DNA from: Patescibacteria group bacterium
GTDB lineage: Bacteria > Patescibacteriota > Patescibacteriia > Patescibacteriales > UBA12465
Assembly (NCBI GenBank): GCA_028692765.1
Contig: JAQUWT010000001.1
Coordinates: 15,695 to 79,694, forward strand
Length of the DNA stretch: 64,000 nt
Direction of reading: 5' to 3'
Below the pieces are notes generated by a model. The model saw only the letters and a program-made list of their open reading frames with translations. It made no database searches and was not told where the DNA came from. A program made the position numbers and the translations under genes. Positions 38,189 to 48,773 of this stretch are shown here, piece after piece; within the stretch, counting starts at the first letter, position 1; each line of letters begins with the position of its first letter.

Positions 38189-38281
38189 ATTATTTAGCAT
38201 TATTTTTTTGCTTAATATCACTTGTTTAATAAAAAAGCCCGTCTTTATTTAAGGCGGGCTTTTGCGAAATTTTATTTATCT

Positions 38282-38947
38282 TCAATCTTCGAGACTGTCG
38301 ATAAGATCAATTTCGCTTTTTATTTTTTTTTCAATAATTTGCAAGATTCGATTTTCTTCGGCGTGAATCTTTATCTTTATAGATCCGCGCAATCTATCTG
38401 CGTAATCTCCCCAGCCGATTGCTTTGATGTGTCCCAATAATTCTCGGACATTATCGCCAATGATAGCGTCAAAGCTAGGTTGGCGCTCAGAGTCAAATAT
38501 AGCTAAGAATAAAAATGGTTTCAGCACGTAGGAGAAATTTTCTTTCTCCAGAAATTTGTTAAGCTTGTCCATAGTTTTTTGGTCTTTATGATAATACTGG
38601 AGCAAGGCGGCAATGCGCTGGCTAATGGCTTCATGTTGATGTTGGAAATTCTTTATTTTTTTCTCGCCTTTTAGCAGTTCATCTTTTCTCCGCTTTAAAC
38701 AGCGGTTGTAGTATCTGCTCGATATTAAGAAAAAAAATCGAGCGAATAGAATGATGCTTACCAAAAACAATATTGAACAGATTATAAGGTTAGGAATCTG
38801 ATTGTTTGTTAGAAGCGGCTTCGGGCGCAGAGTTAGCCACCCTATAACCAGCATTAGGATAAAGGCGGTCAAAACCGCGCTAGCTCCGATTCGTGTCGTT
38901 GTAGACAGATTGTCTGTCGTCTTTTTAATATAATCAGCTTTTTTCAT
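38282..38947 (-). CDS. Hypothetical two-TM protein with coiled-coil (orphan)
   Basis: Two hydrophobic segments; TTGACA at 39020-39015 upstream. Confidence 0.65.
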   Translation of the reverse strand: MKKADYIKKTTDNLSTTTRIGASAVLTAFILMLVIGWLTLRPKPLLTNNQIPNLIICSILFLVSIILFARFFFLISSRYYNRCLKRRKDELLKGEKKIKNFQHQHEAISQRIAALLQYYHKDQKTMDKLNKFLEKENFSYVLKPFLFLAIFDSERQPSFDAIIGDNVRELLGHIKAIGWGDYADRLRGSIKIKIHAEENRILQIIEKKIKSEIDLIDSLED

Positions 38948-39094
38948 GGGTATTAAATTTTAAAGAAAGTTTGTGTAATGATTAACATTGTACTTTATAA
39001 TTTTTTTTATTTTATGTCAACTTTCCTTTTCTTATTCAGTGTTTTTCTGCTATACTAACAGTAGATTAAAAATTATTTCTATTCTGATTATTTT

Positions 39095-41029
39095 ATGAAA
39101 AAAGCAAAAAAATGGCTTTGGATAGTGTTAACTTTAGTGGTATTAATTGCTTTGCTCTGGTGGTGGTTGTCTAAACGCAATCAGGCGCCTGCCTATTCGA
39201 CGGTGACAGTTACTTCCGGATCACTGGTACAAACGGTCAGTGAGACCGGTACGCTTAAGCCGGTGAAAGAAGTAGCTCTCAATTTTCTGTCTTCCGGCCG
39301 GATAAAATCTATTGCCGTGAAAGTCGGCGATAAGGTTAGTGCCGGCACTGTCTTGGCTTCTCTTGATGACAGCACGTTGCAGACAAAAAAATTGGAGGCG
39401 GAAGCGGGTTTGCAGATAGCGCAAGCTTCTTTATCCAAGACCTTAGCTGGAGCCAGCAGCCAGACGGTAGCGATTAGCCGTTCTACCGTCAATCAAGCTC
39501 AGGCCAGCGTCGATGCCGCCAAAATTGATTTAGATAAGACCCGCCAGAATGTGGCGGAAAATATCCGCCAGGCAGAAAAAACTTTAGCTGATTTAGAGTC
39601 GGATTCCAGCACTACTTTGACTCCGGCCGAACAGGCGGTGGCGACCGCGCAAACCGCTTTGGATAATGCCCAGAAGACCGGCAAAAAGAATGTCGATAAT
39701 GCCCGTAATTCCGCGCTGTTATCAATGAGCGATAAGATATTAAGCGCCCAAATCGCTTTAGATAATATTAATACAATTTTGGAAGATGATGATGCCAAGC
39801 CGGTTTTAAGCGTCAAGAACAGTTCGCTCTTGGCTAAAACCCGCGATTCCCGTCTTGATGCTTTGGCTTTGATTTCTCCCGCCAGCCAAGCTGTCGATTC
39901 GGCCAAATCGCTGATGAGCGAAGCGGCCGTCAGCAGTGCCGGCAATGCTGTTTTGGCACTTTTGTTACAAGCAGACCAAGCTTTGGATTATGCTTATTCA
40001 ATGCTGGAAGCCACCATTACCAGCGTTGATTTTTCTCAGACTAAATTAGATTCATATAAGAGCTTGATTAGCAGTCAGTCTTCCCAAATTAATGCGGCCA
40101 GTACTGGTATTGAAAATTCTATTCAAGCTTTTCATAATGCTTTGCTCAACCAAGAAACTTCGGTGGCAGCCGCCCAAGATAATTTGAATCAAGCACAGTC
40201 TTCTTTAAGTAATGCTATTTTGGCCGCTAGAAATAATCTAAGCACTTTGAAATTAAGCGGCGATCAGCAGATTACCTCCGCTCAAGCACGTTTAGATAGC
40301 GCTAATCAGAGCTTGGCTTTAGCGCAGGCTCAGCTTAACAATACGGTGGCGCCGGCCAGAACGCAGGATGTCGCTTTAGCGCAGGCTCAAGTCAGCCAGG
40401 CTCAAGCCAGTGTGGCGGGCATTGAACAGCAGATTAGCGATATGATTTTATCCGCTCCTTTAGACGGTGTCGTCACTGCCGTTAATTATGAAGTCGGGGA
40501 GCAGTTCGGCGCCGGTGGCAAGGCGATGATGACAATCTTGGTCAACAATAGCTTTAACGTCGAAGTAGATATCGCTGAATCGAATATTAGTAAAGTGAAG
40601 ATTGGCGACGAAGTTGATATCACTTTCGATGCTTTTCCCGATGATTTTATCTTAAAAGGCAAAGTCAGCTTCATCGAGCCGGCCCAGACCCTTATCCAGG
40701 ATGTAGTTTACTATAAAGTCAAGATTGATTTCTTGAATTTAGGCGAAACTATGAGTCAAGTGGAAGCGCGGTCTTTATCTCTTAAGGCCGGCATGACCGC
40801 CAATATTATCATCACCACTGATAAGCGCAACGAAGTCGTGCAAGTGCCGGCTCGAGCCATCATTGAGCAAGATGGGCAGAAAATCGTACGCTTATTAATT
40901 AACGGCACGGCACAAGACCAAGCGGTAGAGACCGGCATCCGCGGCGACGAGGGCATGGTAGAGATTATCAGCGGTTTAAAGCCAGGCGATACGGTTATTA
41001 CTTTTGTGAAAACTACCGCCTCTAATTAA
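39095..41029 (+). CDS. MacA/HlyD-like adaptor with very long coiled coil
   Basis: N-terminal TM, lipoyl halves (SGRIKSIAVKVGD; APLDGVV), long A/Q/S-rich hairpin. Confidence 0.9.
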   Translation: MKKAKKWLWIVLTLVVLIALLWWWLSKRNQAPAYSTVTVTSGSLVQTVSETGTLKPVKEVALNFLSSGRIKSIAVKVGDKVSAGTVLASLDDSTLQTKKLEAEAGLQIAQASLSKTLAGASSQTVAISRSTVNQAQASVDAAKIDLDKTRQNVAENIRQAEKTLADLESDSSTTLTPAEQAVATAQTALDNAQKTGKKNVDNARNSALLSMSDKILSAQIALDNINTILEDDDAKPVLSVKNSSLLAKTRDSRLDALALISPASQAVDSAKSLMSEAAVSSAGNAVLALLLQADQALDYAYSMLEATITSVDFSQTKLDSYKSLISSQSSQINAASTGIENSIQAFHNALLNQETSVAAAQDNLNQAQSSLSNAILAARNNLSTLKLSGDQQITSAQARLDSANQSLALAQAQLNNTVAPARTQDVALAQAQVSQAQASVAGIEQQISDMILSAPLDGVVTAVNYEVGEQFGAGGKAMMTILVNNSFNVEVDIAESNISKVKIGDEVDITFDAFPDDFILKGKVSFIEPAQTLIQDVVYYKVKIDFLNLGETMSQVEARSLSLKAGMTANIIITTDKRNEVVQVPARAIIEQDGQKIVRLLINGTAQDQAVETGIRGDEGMVEIISGLKPGDTVITFVKTTASN

Positions 41030-41037
41030 TCGGCAAT

Positions 41038-41760
41038 ATGGCTAAAGTTTTATTAGACATCAAGAATCTTGCCAAAACTTATGTCAGCGGCGATTTGGTG
41101 ACCGAGGTTTTAAAAGACATCAATTTTCAGGTGGAAGCCGGAGAATTCGTATCGATTATGGGTCCATCCGGTTCCGGCAAGTCGACCTTGATGCATATTT
41201 TGGGTCTCCTTGAGCGCGCCAGCGGCGGCATTTATAATTTTGCCGGCAAGGATATCGGCGCTTTAAACGATGAAGAATTGGCTCATTTGCGCAATCGGGA
41301 AATCGGTTTCGTTTTTCAAGCTTTTAATCTTTTGGCCCGCACTAGCGTGCTGGACAATGTCAAATTGCCTTTGATTTATTCCGACAATAAAAAAAAGATG
41401 GATGAGCGGGCGCGTAAGGTTTTAAAGAGCGTCGGCCTTGACCATCGTTTGTCTTATTTTACCAATCAGATTTCCGGCGGCGAAAAGCAGCGCGTGGCGA
41501 TTGCCCGCGCTTTAGTTAATAATCCGGCTCTTATTTTTGCCGATGAGCCAACCGGCAATCTTGATTCCAAATCGGGCGTGCAGGTAATGCAGATTCTGCA
41601 GAAATTGAATGCGGAGGGAAGGACTATTATCTTGGTGACGCACGAGACTTTTACGGCCGAGCATGCCCAGCGCATCATCCAAGTCCATGACGGGCGGATT
41701 GTCAGCGATAAGGCCGTGAAGAACCGGCGTTTTGCCAAAGACGGCGAATTATTGAAGTAA
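41038..41760 (+). CDS. MacB/LolD-type ABC ATPase
   Basis: GPSGSGKST, ISGGEKQR, ADEPTGNLD. Confidence 0.95.
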   Translation: MAKVLLDIKNLAKTYVSGDLVTEVLKDINFQVEAGEFVSIMGPSGSGKSTLMHILGLLERASGGIYNFAGKDIGALNDEELAHLRNREIGFVFQAFNLLARTSVLDNVKLPLIYSDNKKKMDERARKVLKSVGLDHRLSYFTNQISGGEKQRVAIARALVNNPALIFADEPTGNLDSKSGVQVMQILQKLNAEGRTIILVTHETFTAEHAQRIIQVHDGRIVSDKAVKNRRFAKDGELLK

Positions 41761-41764
41761 AAAT

Positions 41765-43012
41765 ATGTGGGAAAATTTCCGCCAGATGATGAGCCTAGTT
41801 TTCCGAGCCTTGTTGAGCAATAAGACTCGGAGTTTTTTAACGATGCTCGGCATTATTATCGGCGTCGGCGCGGTGGTGCTTATCATGTCTTTGGGAGCGG
41901 GAGCACAGTCTTTGATTTTGGGTCAATTGGAAGGATTTGGCAGTGATTTAGTCGGTGTTTTGCCGGGGCAATCGGACGCCAAAGGGCCGCCGGCTTCCGT
42001 TTTCGGCGTCAAGGTAACCAGTTTGAAATTAAGCGACGCCGAAGCTTTTCGCGATGAAAAAAATGTGCCTCATTTAACGGCAGTAGTATCGTATTATCAA
42101 ACCAGTGTTTCTTTGTCTTGGCGCGATCAGAACTATGATACGACTCTGCAGGGAATCGACGGCGATTATTTGGCGGTTGACGGAGGCGAGGTGGCGGCCG
42201 GACGTTTTCTCAGTAAAGAAGAGATGTCGGCCGATTTGCGCTTGGCCGTGCTTGGCAGTACGGTTGCGACCGAACTTTTCGGCGGCAATGACCCCATCGG
42301 CCAGAAGATAAAAATAAAAAATCAAAGCGCGACTGTTATCGGCGTAATGAAGGAAAGGGGGCAGGTTGGTTTTTCCAACTATGATGATTTGATTTTTGCG
42401 CCCTTATCTTTTGCGCAAAAAGAAATTGCCGGCGTCAATTATTTAAGCATGGTTCGGGCCAAGGTGAATAATGTAGAAAACATCGACGAAAGCATGGAAG
42501 CAATCCGCCAGACTTTGCGCGAGCGCCATGATATCGATAATCCGGAAGATGACGATTTTTCCGTCCGCAGCTTCCGCGATGCTTTAGATTTGGTTACCAG
42601 CATTACCGATGCTTTGCGTTATTTTTTGGCGGCGATGGCCGCTTTGTCTCTGTTGGTCGGCGGTATTGGTATTATGAATATAATGCTTGTGAGCGTCACC
42701 GAAAGGACCAGGGAAATCGGTTTGCGCAAAGCCCTGGGAGCGACCAATAGCCAGGTACTGAGCCAATTTTTATTCGAAGCCATCGCCTTGACTTTAATTG
42801 GCGGCTTAATCGGTTTGTTGGCCGGGGTTTTGCTTTCTTATTTGGTGGCGCTTGTTGTCCGCTCTCTCGGCTATCGCTGGGATTTTGTCGTTTCTTTGTC
42901 TTCAATCTTGTTAGCGGTCGGACTATCCACTTTTATCGGCATGATTTTCGGCTATTATCCCGCTCGCCGCGCCAGCCGTTTGAGTCCGATTGAAGCTTTG
43001 CGCTATGAATAA
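41765..43012 (+). CDS. MacB/FtsX-type ABC permease
   Basis: RSFLTMLGIIIG, VGGIGIMNIML.SV.ERTREIG, PI.ALRYE. Confidence 0.95.
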   Translation: MWENFRQMMSLVFRALLSNKTRSFLTMLGIIIGVGAVVLIMSLGAGAQSLILGQLEGFGSDLVGVLPGQSDAKGPPASVFGVKVTSLKLSDAEAFRDEKNVPHLTAVVSYYQTSVSLSWRDQNYDTTLQGIDGDYLAVDGGEVAAGRFLSKEEMSADLRLAVLGSTVATELFGGNDPIGQKIKIKNQSATVIGVMKERGQVGFSNYDDLIFAPLSFAQKEIAGVNYLSMVRAKVNNVENIDESMEAIRQTLRERHDIDNPEDDDFSVRSFRDALDLVTSITDALRYFLAAMAALSLLVGGIGIMNIMLVSVTERTREIGLRKALGATNSQVLSQFLFEAIALTLIGGLIGLLAGVLLSYLVALVVRSLGYRWDFVVSLSSILLAVGLSTFIGMIFGYYPARRASRLSPIEALRYE

Positions 43013-43015
43013 AGT

Positions 43016-44242
43016 ATGAGAATAATTATCGCCTTCCAACTCGCTTTGCGCGCCTTGCGTCTCAATCTGGTCCGTACCAGTTTGACGGTTTTGGGCGTGG
43101 TCATCGGCGTCGCCGCCATCATTATCGTTTTTTCGGCCGGCGACGGCATCAGCCGTCTTGTGTCCGGGGAAATAGAATCTTACGGTACTAATGTTGTGCA
43201 AACGGAAGTGAAGACGCCGGGAAAAAATAGCGCCAGTTCGGCCGAGGTTACCACTTTGAAATTGGCGGATATGGAAGCGATTAATAAGCTGGATAATGTT
43301 GTGAACAGCTACGCCGCCTCTTTGGGCCAGCAGAAAATGTCCTATGGCTCGGAAAGCAAGAAAGGATTTGTCTTCGGAGTGAGCGCTCCTTATGCGCAGA
43401 TAGATACCAAAACCAAATTGGCAGCCGGTTCTTTCTTTACGGAAGAAGACGACCGTAGCCAGGCGATGGTGGCGGTTTTGGGCGCGACTTTAAAAGAGAC
43501 TTTATTCGGCGAGCAGGAAGCTGTCGGCAACTTCATTAAAATCGGAACAAAAAAATTCCAGGTTATCGGGGTACTGGCGGAACAGGGAGGGAGCGTGACT
43601 TTCTTAAATTTTGACGAGATGGCCTATATTCCCATCAAGACTCTGCATAAGCGTATTCTCGGTATAGATTACGCGATGTATTTTATGCATCAATTGCGCG
43701 ATGTTAGCCGAGCCGAGGAAACGGCTGATGAAATCCGTTCTTTATTGCGGGAGCGCCATGAAATTAGCGACCCGGATAAAGACGATTTCCGCGTTTCCAC
43801 AATGGCGGAAATGCTTGATACACTCGGCACCGTCACCGATGCCGTTACTTATCTCTTGCTGGCCATCGTGCTTATCTCTCTTTTGGTCGGCGGCGTCGGC
43901 ATCATGAATATAATGTATGTGACCGTGACCGAAAGGACGCCGGAAATTGGTTTACGCAAAGCGATGGGAGCGACCGCTAAAGATGTAGCCTGGCAGTTCT
44001 TAATTGAATCTTTGCTCATTACTTTCTGGGGCTGGTTGCTGGGTACGGTACTGGGCATCTTGGCCGCTTATGGCCTCAGCCTACTGGCCCAGGCTTTTAA
44101 TCTTAATTGGCATTTTCTTTTTCCTTGGCAGGGAATAATTTTTTCTTTATTTTTTTCCCTTATTTGCGGCTTGCTTTTTGGCTACCGTCCGGCTAAGCAG
44201 GCAGCCAAGCTTGACCCGGTGTCGGCTTTGCGGGTTGAATAA
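43016..44242 (+). CDS. MacB/FtsX-type ABC permease (second)
   Basis: RTSLTVLG, GGVGIMNIMYVTVTERTPEIG. Confidence 0.95.
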   Translation: MRIIIAFQLALRALRLNLVRTSLTVLGVVIGVAAIIIVFSAGDGISRLVSGEIESYGTNVVQTEVKTPGKNSASSAEVTTLKLADMEAINKLDNVVNSYAASLGQQKMSYGSESKKGFVFGVSAPYAQIDTKTKLAAGSFFTEEDDRSQAMVAVLGATLKETLFGEQEAVGNFIKIGTKKFQVIGVLAEQGGSVTFLNFDEMAYIPIKTLHKRILGIDYAMYFMHQLRDVSRAEETADEIRSLLRERHEISDPDKDDFRVSTMAEMLDTLGTVTDAVTYLLLAIVLISLLVGGVGIMNIMYVTVTERTPEIGLRKAMGATAKDVAWQFLIESLLITFWGWLLGTVLGILAAYGLSLLAQAFNLNWHFLFPWQGIIFSLFFSLICGLLFGYRPAKQAAKLDPVSALRVE

Positions 44243-44413
44243 TTGGATTTTAATTATTAGATTATTATTTAAAAATTTAGTTATCAATTGAAGCTTATAT
44301 TTATTTACATTGACAATGATATTGTAATATAGTATTATAGTTAGTTATTTATAGAATTATGTTCTTTTATAATTTGCAAGTAAGATTAATTACCACCTAA
44401 AAACCACATTAAG

Positions 44414-44980
44414 ATGTCAAGTAAAAAATACAGAAAAAGTTTAAAGCGTCATTATTACGCTATTAATAATAGCTGGGAAAATGAACAAAAAGTTAAGCGG
44501 TTTATCGAGAAAGAACTGCCAGATTTTTCAGTTACTTTTCCCGAAATTAAATCTCTACCGATTAAATTGGGTAAATTATTTTTTGCAACCATAAAAATAG
44601 GATATGATCATGCGCAGACTCAAAGATTATGTTATGCAACGATTCCAATACCCATGGGGACGGAAATTTCATTTAATCATGAATTTGCAAAATTAAAAAT
44701 TAATAAGAAGCAAAGATTGATTACAGCCCCACCGGTAGGTAGTAAATTGTTGGTCACCCCGGTTTTTATGGTTTTTTATCCAATGAATTTTTTGGGGTCT
44801 ACAATGTGCCCCATGAAACAATTTAATTGGTATGGAAGGGAAAAAATTATTGTGTCCGAAATATCAGCATGCCCACCAAATATTTGCGACCGGATTTATA
44901 CGCCGGTTTGTTTACCAGAAAATATGATAATTGCGGGGAATCTGATTGGCAGGGAATTGGATGGGATAGACTGTTTGTAA
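44414..44980 (+). CDS. Hypothetical protein (AT-rich orphan)
   Basis: TTGACA (44310-44315)-17-TATTAT promoter; terminator near 45020-45048. Confidence 0.6.
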   Translation: MSSKKYRKSLKRHYYAINNSWENEQKVKRFIEKELPDFSVTFPEIKSLPIKLGKLFFATIKIGYDHAQTQRLCYATIPIPMGTEISFNHEFAKLKINKKQRLITAPPVGSKLLVTPVFMVFYPMNFLGSTMCPMKQFNWYGREKIIVSEISACPPNICDRIYTPVCLPENMIIAGNLIGRELDGIDCL

Positions 44981-45145
44981 TAGCATTTCGGATAGTTCTT
45001 TCTATCAACATTATTATTAAGGCCTCTGTTTTTATTCAGGGGCCTTTTTCATTTCTTTAAATTAGTTTTTATGTCTAAAAATAGAATAAATATAATTTTA
45101 TTTTAAATAATAAAATCAATAAATGTTATTGATTTAGAGATTTGC

Positions 45146-45171
45146 AAGAAAATCTGACAAGATGCGTATTA
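45146..45171 (+). promoter_or_regulatory. ECF-sigma-type promoter, copy 1
   Basis: AAGAAAAT-N10-GCGTATTA upstream of 45277. Confidence 0.75.
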
Positions 45172-45276
45172 AGTGTCAGAGGCGCCCGACTATATTGGTT
45201 TATAAATTTAAAAATAATATTTTTTTCAACTTCAGCCGCTTTAAGCGATAGCTGGGGAAGAAAAATCCATAAAAAT

Positions 45277-45780
45277 ATGAAAAAGAAAAATATCATTACC
45301 GCCAGCGCTTTAAGCCTGGCCACCATCGCTTTAGCCGCCGGCTTTGCTTTCAGTGCTTATGCTCAAACCGGCGATACCGCTACCGCCAATCAGGCCGGTA
45401 ATAGAACAGGCCGCCAGTTTAGAATGGAAAATAATTTGACCGATGAGCAGAAAGCGGAGATGGAAGCGAAACGGACGGAGATGGAAGCAAAGATGGAGGC
45501 TAATCGCGCCGCGATGCAGACCGCCATCAATAGCGGCAATTATGATACTTGGGTAGCCGCCGTGAAAGCGCAAATGGGCGAGCAGGCTCCGATTCTAAGC
45601 CAGGTAACGGCGGATAATTTTTCCCAATTCGTTGAGGCGCATCAATTAATGGACCAAGCTCGAGAGAAATTGCAAGCCATTGGCGTCGACGAAGGCATGG
45701 GCTTCGGTCACGGTCCGGAAAAAGGCATGGGTCGCGGCTTTGGTTTTGCCCATCAGGCGGATGCCGCTGATGCCCAGTAA
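45277..45780 (+). CDS. Secreted helical Met/Gly-rich hypothetical protein
   Basis: Signal peptide MKKKNII...AYA; start moved to 45277. Confidence 0.8.
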   Translation: MKKKNIITASALSLATIALAAGFAFSAYAQTGDTATANQAGNRTGRQFRMENNLTDEQKAEMEAKRTEMEAKMEANRAAMQTAINSGNYDTWVAAVKAQMGEQAPILSQVTADNFSQFVEAHQLMDQAREKLQAIGVDEGMGFGHGPEKGMGRGFGFAHQADAADAQ

Positions 45781-45906
45781 TTGATAGTAATATAAATAAT
45801 CAGCTGGGCGGCGGTTAATCCTGCCGCCCAAGCAAAGAGCCTCCGAAGAAGAGGCTCTTTTGTTATTCAATAAAAAAACGGTTTTGCTTTACGTTTTTTT
45901 GTCAAA

Positions 45907-46977
45907 TTAGAGTACTTGGAAAATATTCCACGCCAGATAGAGCAGATAAATGCTGATAAGGCCGAAGCCGGCAAATTTATTGATATGCCATTTTTTGGCC
46001 AATAAGAAGAGGAGGACGGAAATAACGGTCGCAAAGAGCAGGAAGATTGAACTGGTGAGATTTTCGGTGGCTACCGGTATGATTTTTCCGCCGATAGACA
46101 CTATGGCCCAGGGAAGGCCCAGGCCGATTAGGATGTCAAAAATATTGGAACCGATGGCATTGGAAATCGCCATGCCGCCGCGTCCTTGTCTGGCGACGAT
46201 AATGGACGACATTAGGTCGGGGATGCTGGTGCCGGCCGCCAAGACGGTTAGGCCGATAATAACCGCCGGGATATTGAGGATATTGGCAATTTCTACCGCA
46301 CTCTCTACCAGCACCCAGCTTAAGGCGGCGATAAAGAGAATGGAAATAAAGAAGACGCGGTAATAGTATTTTTCAGCCGGGAAAATGAAGTCTAAGCTTT
46401 TATTAACGGCGCCGATTAAGCGGCCGAATAAATTTTTCTTTTTTTCTTCCTCTTTCAAGCCTTCTTCTAGCACCTCTGTCGGCTCAATCGCCTCGTCTTT
46501 ATATGGTAGGATTTCCCGCCATTTCATAACCGCAAATACATAGACAATATAAAGAGCTAAAAATAGTCCGGCTTCGAAAAAAGTGATGCGTCCGTCCCAA
46601 AAGGCGAGAATAAGAAGAACGATGCTTAGAGAATAGAAGGCGGTATCTCTGATTACCGGCTGCCAAGCGATTAGAGCTTTGCGCGCGAGCGCCGAAGCGC
46701 CGATTATGACCAGAATGTTAAATAGAGCCGAACCGACAATCGTACCGGCGCCGACCGCTTCGTTTCCGGGATGGAAGAGGGCGATGAAAGAGACAAAAAG
46801 TTCGGGGGCACTGGAGCCGATAGCCATCAGCGTCGCTCCGGCCATGTCGGAATTCATTTTTAGTTTTTCCGCGATTTTATCCAACGAGAAGACAAAATAG
46901 CGGTCGCAGACCACTGCCAGCAGATAAAAAGAAGCCAGCAAAGCGAGCGTGTAGAGAATTAGAGCCATAGGTTGCAA
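45907..46977 (-). CDS. Ca2+/Na+ antiporter (CaCA family)
   Basis: GSSAPE and GTSIPD alpha-repeats, GSNIFD. Confidence 0.93.
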   Translation of the reverse strand: MQPMALILYTLALLASFYLLAVVCDRYFVFSLDKIAEKLKMNSDMAGATLMAIGSSAPELFVSFIALFHPGNEAVGAGTIVGSALFNILVIIGASALARKALIAWQPVIRDTAFYSLSIVLLILAFWDGRITFFEAGLFLALYIVYVFAVMKWREILPYKDEAIEPTEVLEEGLKEEEKKKNLFGRLIGAVNKSLDFIFPAEKYYYRVFFISILFIAALSWVLVESAVEIANILNIPAVIIGLTVLAAGTSIPDLMSSIIVARQGRGGMAISNAIGSNIFDILIGLGLPWAIVSIGGKIIPVATENLTSSIFLLFATVISVLLFLLAKKWHINKFAGFGLISIYLLYLAWNIFQVL

Positions 46978-47091
46978 TTAAATATTTATGGTTATAACTT
47001 AACATATTTATTTATTTTTGTCAGCCGACTTAATTTGTTGCCGGCCTTGTTTCTGTGTTATAATTAATATTATCCCTTTTAATTATCATGC

Positions 47092-48768
47092 ATGGAATCT
47101 AATCTTTTTTTACAGCTCAGCGCCCTTTTAGCCATCACTGTCAGCGTGGCTTTTTTTGTGCGCCTAGCTAAGCAGCCGTTATTAGTTGCTTATATTGTCG
47201 CCGGCATTATCGGCGGCCCGCTGCTTTTGAATATTTTGCCGGCCGATGAGCCGATGTATCATGCTTTCGCCAATTTCGGCGTGGTTTTATTATTATTTAT
47301 TATCGGCTTGGATTTGAATTTTGCTTATCTGAAAAAAATCGGTAAGGAAGCGATTATTATCGGCGCTCTCCAGTTTCTATTAAATTTTGCTCTGTTACTG
47401 CCCCTGGCTCATTATTTCGGCCTCAGTTGGCAAGGTTCTTTGTTTTTGGCTCTGGCGGCTTGTTTTTCCAGTACCATTGTCGTTTTAAAGGTATTGAATG
47501 ACAAGCAGGACGAAGAAGCGGTTTATGGCCGCTATACCATCGGCTTGATGCTGGTCCAGGATTTGATTTCTATCTTAATTCTATTATATCTCAGCTTTTC
47601 TGCCCCCGGCAGCTTGATGGCTGATAATTCCGTGTGGTTTATTGTTAAGGCGGTAGCGGTTATTGCCGGTATCATTATCGCCGCTAAATATCTCTTGCCT
47701 TTTATACTGGCTAAAATTTCTTCGTCTGGAGAATTCCTATTTATCTTTACGGTGGCTTGGTGCTTCGGAGTCGCTTCTTTGCTGCTCTGGAGCGGATTTT
47801 CTTTGGAGGTCGGAGCGGTGATTGCCGGTCTTAGTCTCGGTTCCTCTCGGTTCCAGGCGGAAATCGCCAGCCGCATCAAGCCTCTGCGCGATTTTTTCAT
47901 CGTTATCTTTTTTCTGTTATTGGGAAGCGGCGCCGATTTTACCCATTTACATTCCGTATTGGCGCCCGCCTTATTGCTGTCCATTTTTATTTTAATTGTT
48001 AAGCCGATAATTTTATATATATTATTCCGTAGCCGCCGCTTTACGCGCCGCAATAGTTTTTTAGCGGCATTAACAGCCGGCCAACTGAGTGAATTTGGCT
48101 TTATCATCTTATTTGCCGCTTCCGCTTTCGGCTATCTTAGCGGCAGCGAGACCGCCATATTTACGATAGCCGCCATTATCACCATCTTTTTTTCATCTTA
48201 TGCTATGACTTTCAGTTATAGGCTGTATAATTTTTTCCTGCCTTTATTTTTGCTGTTCGGTCCGGATACGCGCATCCAGGAAGAGGATAAGAAAGAGACG
48301 TTTGAAGCTATTATTTTTGGCTATCATCGCACCGGCTGGAAAATAGGGCAGGCATTAAAAAAGAAAAAAATCAGTTTTGCCGCGGTTGATTTCAACCCTG
48401 AGAGCGTTGTTAATTTCAAGCGCCAGGGCGTGCGTTCTTTTTTCGGCGACGCTTCCGATATCGAATTTCTGCAGTCTCTGCCTTGGGACTCGGTTAAAAT
48501 AGTTATTTCTACCATTCCGTCGCCCGAGGACCAGTTGGTGTTGATTAATTTCGTGCGCCGCTCTAATCCTAAGGCGATTATCCTTGCCAGTTTGTATCAA
48601 AAGAAATATCTGCCGTCTTTATATGAAGCCGGGGCCGATTATGTTATTTTGCCTCATCTGCTGGGTGGCGCTTGGACGGCGGCAGTGATTGCCGGCGGCG
48701 CTTTATCCCGCCGCTCCGATTGGCAGAAATATCGCCGTCAGCAGGCTCGCGATCTTAACGGCAGCTAA
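47092..48768 (+). CDS. Kef-type cation:proton antiporter with TrkA-N domain
   Basis: CPA2 TMs, QLSEFG, C-terminal IFGYHRTG / FGDASD. Confidence 0.92.
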   Translation: MESNLFLQLSALLAITVSVAFFVRLAKQPLLVAYIVAGIIGGPLLLNILPADEPMYHAFANFGVVLLLFIIGLDLNFAYLKKIGKEAIIIGALQFLLNFALLLPLAHYFGLSWQGSLFLALAACFSSTIVVLKVLNDKQDEEAVYGRYTIGLMLVQDLISILILLYLSFSAPGSLMADNSVWFIVKAVAVIAGIIIAAKYLLPFILAKISSSGEFLFIFTVAWCFGVASLLLWSGFSLEVGAVIAGLSLGSSRFQAEIASRIKPLRDFFIVIFFLLLGSGADFTHLHSVLAPALLLSIFILIVKPIILYILFRSRRFTRRNSFLAALTAGQLSEFGFIILFAASAFGYLSGSETAIFTIAAIITIFFSSYAMTFSYRLYNFFLPLFLLFGPDTRIQEEDKKETFEAIIFGYHRTGWKIGQALKKKKISFAAVDFNPESVVNFKRQGVRSFFGDASDIEFLQSLPWDSVKIVISTIPSPEDQLVLINFVRRSNPKAIILASLYQKKYLPSLYEAGADYVILPHLLGGAWTAAVIAGGALSRRSDWQKYRRQQARDLNGS

Positions 48769-48773
48769 TTGTT

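Noticed and set aside
2495-44375. boxA-like (GTTCTTT/CCTTTGAAAA) motifs in orphan-gene leaders
   Set aside because: Matches are short and inconsistent in AT-rich DNA and cannot be distinguished from chance by eye.
45142-45276. Long N-terminal extensions in the ORF track (also 2781, 4507, 8884, 57936, 63701)
   Set aside because: They overlap promoters or neighbouring genes, and family N-termini indicate downstream starts.
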